Source of the DNA: Bugula neritina
Lineage: Eukaryota > Animalia > Bryozoa
Direction of reading: 5' to 3'
DNA: 64,000 nt
Assembly (NCBI GenBank): GCA_964035545.1
Contig: OZ037768.1
Coordinates: 11,626,741-11,690,740, forward strand
Shown here: piece by piece, positions 52,123-64,000 of the stretch
Numbering within the stretch: position 1 is the first letter of the stretch
How the letters are laid out: each line of letters starts with the position of its first letter
Position numbers and translations under genes: made by a program
Notes under the pieces: model-generated
The model's database searches: none
Told to the model about the DNA's origin: nothing
Seen by the model: only the letters and a program-made list of their open reading frames with translations

Positions 52123-55100
52123 TCAAGATGAAGGTTTAGGAAACAACTTCATAAATACAACCATGTTGACAAAGACAAGCAGGATGAAGAGTAGTAACAG
52201 AACCATCCACCAGCTAGACTTTTTTCTGTGCTCTTCCAGTCTCCCGGTTTCTATTTTTAGTTGAGTGTAATTAGAGTCGGCCATCTTGTTGGATTCTTGT
52301 AATTTCTAAAAATATAACACCATATTTCATAGCTGATATTTGCTGCTTTCTAATGAAAACCGGTTTTTATATAAAATTAAAAAATTCAACAGGAAACTTG
52401 CATAAAGCCCAAAATGATTCATAATCTCTGAAACAACAATGAATCACACAACTGTAATAAAGAACATTCCTGAGATGCTATTGAAATACTATTTCCTAAT
52501 ATACAGGGATATTGATACATTAAGCATTAACCTCTGCTTTAAGCTTAGGAAAAATCTGACTTTTGTTTAGCAAATATGATGCTAAGAACATTGAATTAAG
52601 AAATAAAAATAATATTCCATGGTTTTGTAAATACTAAGGACTTTTAATATAGAAAAGTTTAGAATATTAGAGTTGTCTACTTAGTGATTTTGAGAGCAGA
52701 CAACTACAAATAGAGACAAATTGCACACTGGTAATAGGATTAGTGAATTACAGTGAAAACCAGTCAGCGAGTTATTAATTTATATGATAAAACACTAATA
52801 TATAGACAACATATCAATTCAGGGAATTATAAGAAAGTCCAGTCAAATCTGCAAGTATTCAATTAGCATGCATGTAATACAAACACTAGACAATATACAG
52901 TTTTATGCAAAATATGAAGCCAGCTGCTGAGGAGCAGTAATGTAAGTTCTTCACAAAATATACTCCCCACACCTGACTTCAGCCCCCACCAGGCAATCTC
53001 ATATCAAAACAGTGAAGTACTTCAAACAGTGTATTACCCTAAGGCTTCAAACAGTTTTTTGCAAACTCAAATACGGAGTGAGTTTTAAATGCACAGATAA
53101 CTCATCAACTAGGCTCTTCCTTCACTGCCCACTAATTCGCTACATTATGAGGCTTTGAAGTTGCACCATTGTCATTGTATTTTAGTCAATTATAAAGCTT
53201 CATTTCATTTTTTTCTTAAACCAGCAACAATCTACACTAAGCTTGTGACTTGAAGGTCAATACTAACCTTGTTATCATCTTGCACTATGTTACTAGCTGC
53301 CTTGGCGTGATCTTTCATGTTTCTAGCCAGTTGCACCATCTCCTCGGCTAACTTTTCCTGCATCTGCTGATGATGCTGTAGAATTGAGTCCAAATCTGAG
53401 TCATATGCGGGGGCTGTGGCACCGCCCCGTTGTCGCAGTCCATCTACATAGCAGTTCACAAACATGTGTAAACTACACATCTTACAGGCTGAACATATGT
53501 GTGTGGGCGCGTGAGTATTTATATATCTACACTTGAACATGTTTCACAAAAACTGCTTACTGTCACAGCAGAAAACATTATTGAGCACTAAACACACAAT
53601 CATAACTTGCAACTAATATTTTGTATCCAGAACTTTTTCAGCTTTACGAAAATTATAAATAATTAGCACAGTGAAAACTACATTTTAATTACAAAAACAC
53701 TCTATTTCAGTTGGGTAAGAAAAGAAAATTTAAGATATGCAAGATAACTTCATAAAAAAATGAACTGGAAGAAATAAAGAATTAAACACCCAAATTATCT
53801 AATAATAGCAATAAATATAAATCTATTTTAAAGGTATTCATTGTTACACAGTCTCAACTATTTACAGAGCTACACAATGTAAGCTCACCGCCATTCTCCC
53901 CGAGTAGCGCTCTCCGTGACTGACTAGAGAACTTAGCTTTAGACTGCAGGAGCAAGTCCTTACTCTGGCTGACAACACTCTCACCTAGGTCTGAGTGTTT
54001 TGGTGCTGGAATTGAATGAACAGCTTTGACTTTTTCACTTGCGCAATCCTAAAATATAAAGTCTACTGTAAGAAGCACTTTTGCAGTAGCCTTTTATCAA
54101 CGTTTTAGCAGTAATCATTTTGTATCACTAGGAAGCTTGAGACTTAGTGATTGTAATGCTTTTCACACTGTTTAAAATAGATTATACAATACAGAAAGAT
54201 AAAACATGTTTAAAAAAGGCATCACCAAAACTTATTGATTATTAAGAGACTTGAGTATTGATTTACTGTTGTTATACACATATTTTTTTCGAAGGAGATT
54301 TAGCAATTTTTTTAATTTTTCTCATATAGATAAATGCATGGTAGCAGAATATCCTTGAGTTTTAATTGAAACTATAAGATGTGTTACTTAGGTAACTTGA
54401 AACAGAACCATAAAAATGTGCCACCAGAGTGCACTATAGCCACTACATATGGTTATATACAAAACTTGTCACTATATTGAATAGTAGAAAAAGTGCCTAA
54501 GTTCTCAAGGAACATTGACTAGTAAACAGAATATTTTCAGCAAATTTAAATCTAAAAGCTTACCTAATATAGATTAACAGAATATAAGACTCACTTGATG
54601 TGCTGCATTCAGTATTCCCTGTAACACCCCTACTCGTTTCTTATAGTCTTTGAAAACTTCTGGATGTGATTTATTGCTATAAAATGACATTACGATTAAC
54701 AAATCAGAGACTTTTACAAAACAATTACAACTGATATACGAGATTTGGTTAATACTAATTAGAAATTGTGCTACTTCACAACTATGAGTACAAGGACTAA
54801 TATGTACGTAAACCAGTTCTCACCAGGACTCCTTGGCTAAGAGCAGTAGTTTATCATCTAATTCTTCAACAAACTACAACAAATATGCAGCACTATTAAA
54901 CCATAAAGTGATTATAATCTAAATTAGTCAACAATATCTAATGAGAGGTCCCCAACTATTACTATTAGAGTATTACAGGACAAAGAAATACTAGTTGGTA
55001 TTAGTTTATGAATCACGATTATCACTTATTGAGCATGAAAATGAATTAGTCAATTATAAATTACTTGCTTTGAGCATTTAAACTGTAGATTAGAGATTTA

Positions 55101-56735
55101 GGCAGTTCAAGCTAGTTTACATGGTAATAATTATTAATATTAATATTGTTAACAACAAATATTAATATAATAATCATCAGTGATTACTGTTGCTGCTCTA
55201 TTAAATCTAATACTTAATAACTAAGTTATACTAAGTAATAGCTAAATGAAATAACTCTAAGTATTACTATAAAATTAGGTATAACTATAACTACAAGTAA
55301 TAAGTAAATATTTACATAAGTAACTAATATACTTATATAGTAAAAACTTACAACTTATAATAAACAATAAGTGAACAACTACTAACATAAACTAATAACT
55401 AAAGCTATAAGTACAAGCACTGAATATTAATAACATAATTATAAATATAGGTACGAGTTTAACTAATGCTAATAGTATTATTAAGTTTAAATACATTAAT
55501 ATAAATTAAAATAATAATATAAGGTTAAAACTATAAAAAAAATTGGTATAACTATTACTATAAAACTGCATCAAAGTATTATTGTAATTACAATAATAAC
55601 TATAAGACTAATAGTAACTAAGAGTAAGAAAACTGTAAAATATCACTCTCACATTAACTGTATAAGTATATAAGTAATAGCATAACATTAACTATTACTA
55701 CAACTATAAGTATAACTATTAGTATTAGACATAAGTAATTACTATTAGTATCACTGATACAGTATTAGTCTATTACTATTAGTACTAGTATTAGATTTAG
55801 TCTACCAATATTAGTGAGCATAAGTATTACTATAACTTATGAGTATAAGCTACACTTACACTAACACCAACAGTGTGAGTAGCTGTTAGACTTGCCCTTG
55901 GTGTTGAACTTAGAGTTAGTCTTACTCTTAGTCACTCACAGTCACACTCACCGAGTCACTATCAGTAACTTACAGTTACTTTTAGTGGTACACATACAGT
56001 TTGAGTTGGTATTACACTCTGACTTTGACTTAATCATACTGATCGTGATACCCATACTCATACTGATACTACACTTACAGTGTTGGAGATTCAGATCTTA
56101 CTTATATTATAATTATTACTAACATAAATATAAATATTAGATTATCATTATAAATATATATCATTATATGTAATATGAGTAATATATTTAAGTTTTATAT
56201 TTATATTACAATATTATTATAATTATTAATATATTACTATTAGTATTAGCAAGTATAATATTAATTATAACCATAATGAATATAACTAAAATTTAAAATT
56301 ATTTAGTTTTACATTTGAAATTCAAATTATATTATATTATAATAATTATTACAATTTATAAGTTAATGTTATAATTAGAACATTGCCTTTAAGTTCAACA
56401 AGTACAATAGCATTAACTATAACTAAATAACTCAAAGTCAATAACATTAACTGATTAAGTTTAACTGTTTGACATTATCATTATGATTAAGTTCTGGTTC
56501 AACTCCTTAGAGTTAGACCTTAGGCTTAGGGCTAGCCGCTAGGCCTAAGTGTAACTGAATAAAATTAGACATTAATATAGCATAGACAATTTTTTTAGTA
56601 TACTATTATAATAAAGATTGTATAAGTTACTTTCTGTAATCTCCAGTTATCTTCTTCGTTAAAAGAAGCAGCTTTTTTCTCACATACATTTAGTAAGCGC
56701 TCAAAATTAATCTGTAACCTAGAAGTTGCCGCCAT
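52123..56735 (-). CDS. USE1: Vesicle transport protein USE1 (ER Qc-SNARE), 6 coding exons, ~251 aa
   Basis: Exons 56735-56631, 54873-54824, 54676-54595, 54048-53889, 53443-53268 and 52305-52123 (756 nt). MAATSRLQINFERLLNVCE...NWRLQK N-terminus, SNARE coil LQHHQQMQEKLAEEMVQLARNMK, C-terminal TM anchor WWMVLLLLFILLVFVNMVVFMKLFPK. Confidence 0.93.
55120..56620. repeat. 1.5-kb degenerate 3/6-bp-periodic low-complexity tract filling USE1 intron 1
   Basis: ATAACT/AGTATT/ACTCAT-type hexamer runs, e.g. ATACTGATCGTGATACCCATACTCATACTGATACT (~56036-56070). Confidence 0.8.
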
Positions 56736-56860
56736 GCTGGCAAGGTCAATGCTTTTGCATTCTCCGAGACAAAAGATTACGGTCTACACAGCGTTGCTTA
56801 GATACGAGTCAATAAAATAGTGCAGACACTATGGAGTATGACTAGCAGAACCTACGAGTA
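56736..56860. promoter_or_regulatory. Head-to-head promoter of USE1 and the SAXO5-like gene, with an RFX X-box candidate
   Basis: GTTGCTTAGATAC at 56793-56805 fits the X-box consensus and lies 58 bp upstream of the USE1 ATG; local CpG enrichment. Confidence 0.55.
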
Positions 56861-57598
56861 AACTTCAACAAGTATAATAAATATCAAAGAGGTTGAAAAA
56901 GAGTCATTACCTGAATATAAATTAAAAAAACTGCTAACAAAAATTACATCAGCAACTGCTCTCTGAAATTTGTTGTCATTCCCAATGACATTATAATTAT
57001 TACCATTTCATAATCATTATCATTATGTTTATTACTAATTTACTTGATCTTATAGACATAACGTTGTTTATAGTTATACTAATATTTTACTGTTAGTGTT
57101 GCAGTTTACTAAACCTTATTATTATTATCTATTATTATTTAACTTCATGATTATGGTTAATGATCATGATATTCATTTTAATAATGAATTTAGAAAATGA
57201 GTCATTCTAATTGAATAATTCTACTATTAATAACTATAATTAAAGAGCATCAACATGGTGTCTTTTATTAAATTTATTTTTAGTTTCAGCTGTAGGTTTG
57301 CATAGTTGCAACCAATTTATAAGTTGAGCAAAAACTAATAATTTTGCTCTTGGATACTGTAGTTATTTCATAAAGATACTGCAGAGCTAAATTAATATAA
57401 ATATTTATGCCTTAAAACCTTGTTAATTTTAGAATTCAAAAACTAGAATGATATAATAATAAAATTAAATCTAATAAACTGCAGTCTCAGAAAAATTATG
57501 AAAAACGTCTGAAGCATAATTAAATGAATAATTGGCATTACACTAATAAAGCAAAAACAACGTTTTATATTGTTATGTTATTTTTATAGATAAAGACA

Positions 57599-59897
57599 AT
57601 GTCTACATACACATTGCCTGATATACCTAACACAAAGCAGGTTAACACAAGTTATCTTCAAGGTTCACATTTTACTCTTGCTCAAGAAGAATCATGGACG
57701 CCATGGACTAGACTCTCTACTTTCAAAAAAGACTATGTTCCTTACAATGTTTCTGATAAACCACCAGCAGCCACGCCTAAGGCACCTGCAAAAATCTTTA
57801 ACAAGGATGAAAGGTTTTTTAACAACAATCATAGTGCATCAGAAACACTTGCTGAATTTCAACCAAAACCTTTCTCGGAAAAAGCAACATATGACACAAA
57901 TAAACTTCGGAAAACTAATTTCAAAATGGACTCTGATCACAGACAAACAGAACCCTATTTGTCAGTTCAAAAAACCTCCTATCCACCAAAGCATGGAGAC
58001 TATGCTAAGATCAAGCCTTCAATGAATACTAGTGCCAGTAACATTCTTCAAGGTGAGAAGAGAAAATTCTAGTACAAAAACATATTTAAGCACTGCATAT
58101 AAAACCTTAAATCTAAAAGCAAACAGTTTAAAATGTAATCTAGTTTGCATCTAAAAGTATGACACTTTTAAAAATAGATATTATTAAAAACGGTTTCATT
58201 AATTAAATGTAGTATAATGAGAATGTGCAATGCTTATTTAGGAGACAGGGAGAAAGCTCTCCAACCAATCTCTGATTACAGAGATAGGTTCAGAGGTGAA
58301 GGTACAGAAAGATTACCTTTGAGTAAAGCAGGAGTCGGTCCTTCTACTATCAGGGGAGATAATCGAACACATGGTTATGACACAACCCATCAAGATAACT
58401 ATAAAGGTGGTTGGCAAATGCCTGCCAAGCTTGTAGACCCTGTAAGCAAACATGAAACTTTATTCTATTACAACAATGCATACAACAGTTGTACAGTAAA
58501 GTAGTGTATATATTCTAAAAAATAATGCATTGACTAATGCATAATTCAAGTTAAAAAATTTGTAGCATCGTGGGAGTAGCATACCACAAGGAGACTTGGA
58601 GAAGGAATGCAAGCACCAAACAGAGTTTCAAATTGCCTATAAAGGATATGAAGGCATTAAAGGTTATGACCCTTCTACAGTAAAGAATATGCAGAAGACA
58701 CAGTTTAGACTTGAAGATGGTCACAATTTCTACAATGATTACAACACTACAATGAAGATGTCTTTTGTTCCAAAAGAATCTACAGGTAGAACATTTTACA
58801 GAATATTTGAAAGCTTGAAATATTAACTACAATACTTGGTTCATAACATTTTATACCAATTTTATTCTTGACATTATGTTTTGTATTTTCAAAGTTGAAA
58901 GATCAAGCATGGGTGAAAAAAGAAACCATAGCGATGTTCCACCTGGTGACACAGATGTTTGGAGACAAGCCCAAAGAGGGGGCACAACTACTTATCACTA
59001 TGATATGAAGGCAGTGAGTAATTTATAATTCCCTATAATTTCACCTACAAGACACTAGGAATCACTAAATTTTGCCTAGCAATGTTAAAACAGTTTAGTA
59101 GTTTAGGAATAAAAATTTTGCAGCCACCAGCAGACTTTCAAAAGGAGCCAACAGTTGATGGCGGTAGTGTGAGAACAAGGAGTCAAGTACCATTTGGAGA
59201 TGCGGCCCAAAATGCAGACTTTTACAAGACAACCAATCAGGAAGTATATGTTCCCCAAAATGGCAAACCCTCTAGCAGTGATGCAGGATCTCAAGGGTTT
59301 AGCTCTATTCCGCTAAATTATTACCCAGGTACATCACCAAGAAAGTTGCTTTTCATATGAATAAACATGTCTTTATGCAAATTAGTTCATAGGTTATGTC
59401 TTATATCTAATTGATAATGATTTCACTAGCAGTTTCTTTTAACTTTGTAGGAAGCATGGATGGGATCACTACTCAAAAGACAGATTTCAAAAACCCAAAC
59501 CGAGGGAGAGAAATGATGGATGAAAGAGCTCTAAATAGAGTAAGAACTATCTATTATGACATTAAAATTTATATAAGCTGCTTGCAATAAAACACAATAT
59601 AAATTGACAATTCTACTGACCGATCTGAGATTTTTTTATAATGCCTCATGCAAATTAGTTTAAAGAAAAACCTTAATATACTACTTAGTTGTTGTAGTTA
59701 ATCATCGCATATTATAATACAGAAACTTGTTACTGTAGATAAAGAAGACCAACATTGGAGCACCACTTGGAGGTCAAAGGTTCTTTAGCACAACTCATAG
59801 AGACCATTATGTGCCTGTGGAGCTTAGTCAAGGAGTCTCTATCGATGCTACTCGCCTGCAGAAAAGCTCCGTTCCTCTAGGAACTCTCAATGGCTGA
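57599..59897 (+). CDS. SAXO5: TEX45/SAXO5-like (stabilizer of axonemal microtubules) protein, 7 coding exons, ~481 aa
   Basis: Exons 57599-58052, 58242-58441, 58566-58785, 58895-59013, 59124-59328, 59451-59539 and 59739-59897 (1,446 nt). Repeated Mn-like motifs (STFKKDY, TTHQDNY, TTNQEVY, STTHRDHY) are each preceded by S-x-I/V-P-x-GD. YLQGSHFTL at the N-terminus and LQKSSVPLG at the C-terminus resemble TEX45. Confidence 0.72.
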
Positions 59898-60979
59898 GCC
59901 TTTGTTACTCTGTGATATATTTTACCCAGTTTCTGTTTGCCTGTGAACTTGTTTTATGATGTCAGCATACGTTTCATTTCTGACATGCTGAATAGTTAAT
60001 CATTGTATCTACACAGTAAATTTTATTAGATTGGATTACTTAGTCACGCTACATTCTGTATTTATTATATATAACGATGTAATTTTTTGTATAAAATACA
60101 TGAGCTCTACAGCAATCACTATATTTTATAAGTATAGAATAGAAAATCTGCAATTCATGCAAGTACTTAGTCCTCTGGCATGTGTTCACCCTATCTTAAT
60201 CGACATAAGCATACATTCTAATTTTGACAAAAAACAGCCAAACATAGCTTTGATATGAACTTAGCCATTAAAACTCAATGTGTACTTGCCAACGTACATT
60301 CATATCTTGTTTTGGTGCTGTACCTGTTTAATCTCAACGCCATAATAAATTTGAAATGCACTCAAAATTCAGTGAATTACTTCAAAGGCACTGGAAATAC
60401 AGAAAATATTGAAAGCATAGGTGAATTACTGCATGTACATATGCAGATTTAGAGCACCTATTTTTAAGACTGCAAAACTTTACAGAATCTGGTATTTCAA
60501 TGAGACGCAGTTAGCAAAGAGATTTATCAGCTAAACCATTTGTCCCTGGCTAAAAACTAATTAGGCTCAGGGTGAAGCTTCACAGTGCTTTAAATAGTTT
60601 AGCTATTGGGTATAGATGCAACAACAGTCAATTTTGTAGGCAAAATGCATGGTGCTCTCACTAATCCTAAACTTTATAATATCAATGAATAAAGCAATAA
60701 ATACTAATATGTGTTGTAGTGGTGGAGTGAATATGGTGGGGTTTTTATCACTACATCAAACATACTAGTGTAATGCAAAGGTTTAAACTTTAAAGGTGTA
60801 TAGTTATTATATCACTCTACATAATATTATATTAATACTTGACGTTATTTATAAGCGTAGTCCATCTTATCGCCTTTATCTTTCATCTAACAATATTCGA
60901 AAATAATCGATGGATATGTAAATGGCTGAAAAGTTAACAGCATCAACGAGCAGAGCTAGTCTCTTTATAAGGAAAACAT

Positions 60980-61400
60980 ATAATTATAATATTATATTTA
61001 TACGTCTTATAGTTGTTACTGTGACACTTACTGTTGTCTATTAGTATTACTGTTAGTGTTAGTGTACTACACTTACAGTTACAGTGATTGTAAATGTAAT
61101 AGTTATTCATACTGATACTAATGCTTATACTGATACTGTTACACACACACTATTAGTACTTATTATTATTATATTTGCTAGATGAGCTCACAATGAAGGC
61201 CTTACAATTCATTATGATTATGATTATGATTACGATTAATAATAATTAGTATTAATAATTGCTCAGTAAATGTAATACTAATTACAACCATAACAAATAT
61301 GATAATCGTAATCATAATGATAATTACTAATAAATAAATAAATTTTATTATTAGGTAATTAATATTTATATTAGTAATGATATAATATTAATATTCTCAC
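60980..61400. repeat. Degenerate 3/6-bp-periodic tract upstream of the OSBP coding exons
   Basis: CATACTGATACTAATGCTTATACTGATACTG (~61108-61138); (ATTATG)3 ATTACG (61211-61234). Confidence 0.75.
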
Positions 61401-61738
61401 CGTTTCTCATCGTAACCGTTTTAATCTTTGTAAACTGTAAAGTAATCAGTGAGTTGGCATGGGTGCATCTCTTTCACTTTTGATTGTCACAAGATTTCAA
61501 TCCTAAATCTGAGCAATTAATGCTCACGTACCACCATCTTTGGTAGCTGTTGCTAATCAGTATATCTGTGTTTTGCTTAGAAATGATCACTTCCAGCTTT
61601 GCTTTTTTTATTTGCTAAATGTCTTACAGGTAAGATATTCAGAGCTTATTTGCTTTATTAGTTGAAACAGATACAACTGTGAAGTATAATCAGTTCGTTG
61701 TTTTTAATTGTTTGATTGTTTATATTATGAAGGTAATC

Positions 61739-63518
61739 ATGGACTTAGATTTACATGGATGGATATTTAAATGGACCAACTACATAAATGGTTACCAAAG
61801 ACGTTGGTTTGTTCTTCAAAATGGGATGCTGTCATACTACAAGTAATTGTTACATTATTTATAATTTTTAGTTTAAAAGTTTGGAATTAATTTAAATAAT
61901 TAATTAATCACCTTGCATATTTGTTTTGTTATAGAAATCAAGGTGAGATGAGTCATACCTGCCGAGGAACAATCAACTTGGCGAATGCTGTTATACAGAC
62001 TGAAGAGCCTTGCTATTTTGTGGTAACAAATGGATATTCTAATGCATTCTACCTAAAAGCTAGCTCTGATACAGAAAGGAATAAATGGGTCACTGCATTA
62101 GAAAAGGCCAGAGCAAAAGTAACCGAAAATACAAATGGTGAGTTTTTATTACCAGTATATGTAAAAGCAGGAAGTAGTAGATAAGCATAGAATAAACTGT
62201 GTCACACTACACATGGTGGTAGTGATTTTATGTTAGCAGAAACTAAATTAATTGAGATCCACGCTAATTGCTGTATTGTAATGTTATAGTAGATGGAGAT
62301 AAAACGGGTGATTTGTTGATGACGTCCACATTTGACCCAACGGAGATAGAGGCTAGCGTCAAAACACTCAGCAGTAAGATTGAAGATCTCACAACTTGTA
62401 ATACTCTTATAGTAAATCATGGCACACAGCTGCAGAGATCATTGGCTGAGTTAGATCAAATACAATCAGCCGAGGAGGCAACTTCAAAGATGAAAGCTAT
62501 TAACGAGCAAACTACCCTCTTTCGCATAACTGTGAGCGCCATGATTAATGTGAGTGAACATCATTCTATCTCACTAGATGTGATTAGGTACGTTTGCTTT
62601 TTTTCAACACCGAGCTAAAATTAGAAATTTATTCTATGTTTAAATTCATGCGAACAATTTGATTAATATAAAGTAACAAGTATGCTCGAACTGTTATAAA
62701 TTGGATAACTCTAATTTATAACATTTGTATTTTGTTTTGTTTTAGGCTTGCAAAGACCATTTAGACTTTGTAACCTCTCAGCACCAGAATTGGCACAGCA
62801 CCCTCAAACGTGAGCACGACGAAAGGTTAGCCCTACAGTCTATGGTGGAAGATTTAGCCAAGCAGCACAGTTCTCTGGAACACAGGGCTAGGTCTTTAGT
62901 GAAGTCACCTGATACTGAAAGTAATAACCACCAAATCTCAAGAAGTACAGGTAGTTTTTAAAGCTATAAGGTAACACGTAAATGTTTAGTAAAATTGTCC
63001 CTCGTACAATGAAATATATTTGTTTCATTTTTTAAAGATTGGTTAATGTGCTCTACATTCTACATAGTTGGCTGTATCTTATCTAGAAGATTTGTCTTGT
63101 ACTCAATTTATACATGCTGCACATAGTATTATGTAATAATACAATTCTTTATTTCTACACAGCATCAAGCAGTGACGAAGAAGATGTTTTTCAAGATGCT
63201 GCCGACCAGTTTACTGTCGTCGTTTCTTCGGACATTGAATCAGACATAAAGTTTGTACACTGGCATCTCATCTATTGCGTTTCATGAGATAGAAGTAGTA
63301 GCAACCACGGTGATCTCTATTAATAAGCTAATGGAATTGTATCGTATGATGGTAACAGCTGATGTGTAGACTATGTACCTACTGATAAGGCTCTAGGCTC
63401 TAACCACACTGATAATTAATCAATACGGCAGTTTTTATTTGTTGTCTGATAAAAATACTATTTGTTTGTAGCGTATCTTCAAATAACCATTTAAAGCTTC
63501 CAAGTCAAGACAAGAGTG
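61739..63518 (+). CDS. OSBP: Oxysterol-binding protein (OSBP/ORP4 class), 5' part; gene continues beyond the window
   Basis: Exons 61739-61842, 61935-62137, 62290-62549, 62746-62950, 63163-63250 and 63472-63518. PH domain [20 protein letters not shown]...HTCRGTINL...WVTALEKA; dimerisation coil [26 protein letters not shown]...[13 protein letters not shown]; FFAT-like [13 protein letters not shown]. Confidence 0.9.
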
Positions 63519-64000
63519 GTGAGACGCCTAAAGACTATATAACCCAAACGGTTAGCTGATATTTTAATACTAATAACTTTTTAGTCGAATGTTAATTGCC
63601 CTGTGCGTGGTTACATGAAAGAAATGATATTTTGCTGTTTTAATCATTATCAGCAGCAGGTGTACATTTAAGCACTGTATGTGTATGCCAGACAGTATCA
63701 CATGCTATACTCACTCTACTTACACTAACGCTATCTTATTCAAAATTGCATAATTTGAGTTCGCTGTTTTCAATATTAAAACAAAATATTATAGTAAATA
63801 ATGCAACCTAGATTTGGACTTTTGGCTCTTTTAATTTTAGACACTAAATATTGTGTTGTGTTGGAAAATGGATTAATAAATTATGGCACATTCATATATT
63901 TTCTGTTTATTCTCACTTATTTCCGCTTTGTCCTGTTCGGGTAGCGGGATATATTTTCTGTTCATTCACAACTGGAAATGGTTTGAAACATTATTGAGAC

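Noticed and set aside
55892-56122. ORFs with alternating residues (ILILIL; also YEYQYEYEY at 32119-32361 and ISISIS at 60943-61146)
   Set aside because: By-products of the 6-bp-periodic non-coding tracts.

Overview
AT-rich, intron-dense eukaryotic (invertebrate animal) genomic DNA; no prokaryotic systems. I assembled exons by hand from GT-AG junctions and frame continuity and found seven genes. In order: a ~45-coding-exon CHD7/kismet-class chromatin remodeller (+, ~3,500 aa); CCDC92-like (-); SIRT6 (+); a Wnt ligand, probably WntA subfamily (+); the ER SNARE USE1 (-); a TEX45/SAXO5-like axonemal microtubule inner protein (+); and the 5' part of an OSBP-family gene (+, truncated by the window end). 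Genes are packed as tail-to-tail and head-to-head pairs. Mobile DNA is concentrated at the SIRT6 locus: a 5'-truncated LINE with an open RT C-terminus, a TA-flanked MITE, a palindrome-rich element and a tRNA-derived SINE with a perfect 17-bp target-site duplication. I cannot support a wholly new multi-gene system. The best leads are: (1) degenerate 3/6-bp-periodic tracts beside every inferred housekeeping/ciliary promoter but not the Wnt promoter; (2) a Wnt with a Gly-to-Ala change in the acylation hairpin and an N-terminal furin-type site; (3) a tandem array of decoy 5' splice sites in the CHD gene; (4) a shared bidirectional poly(A) site.
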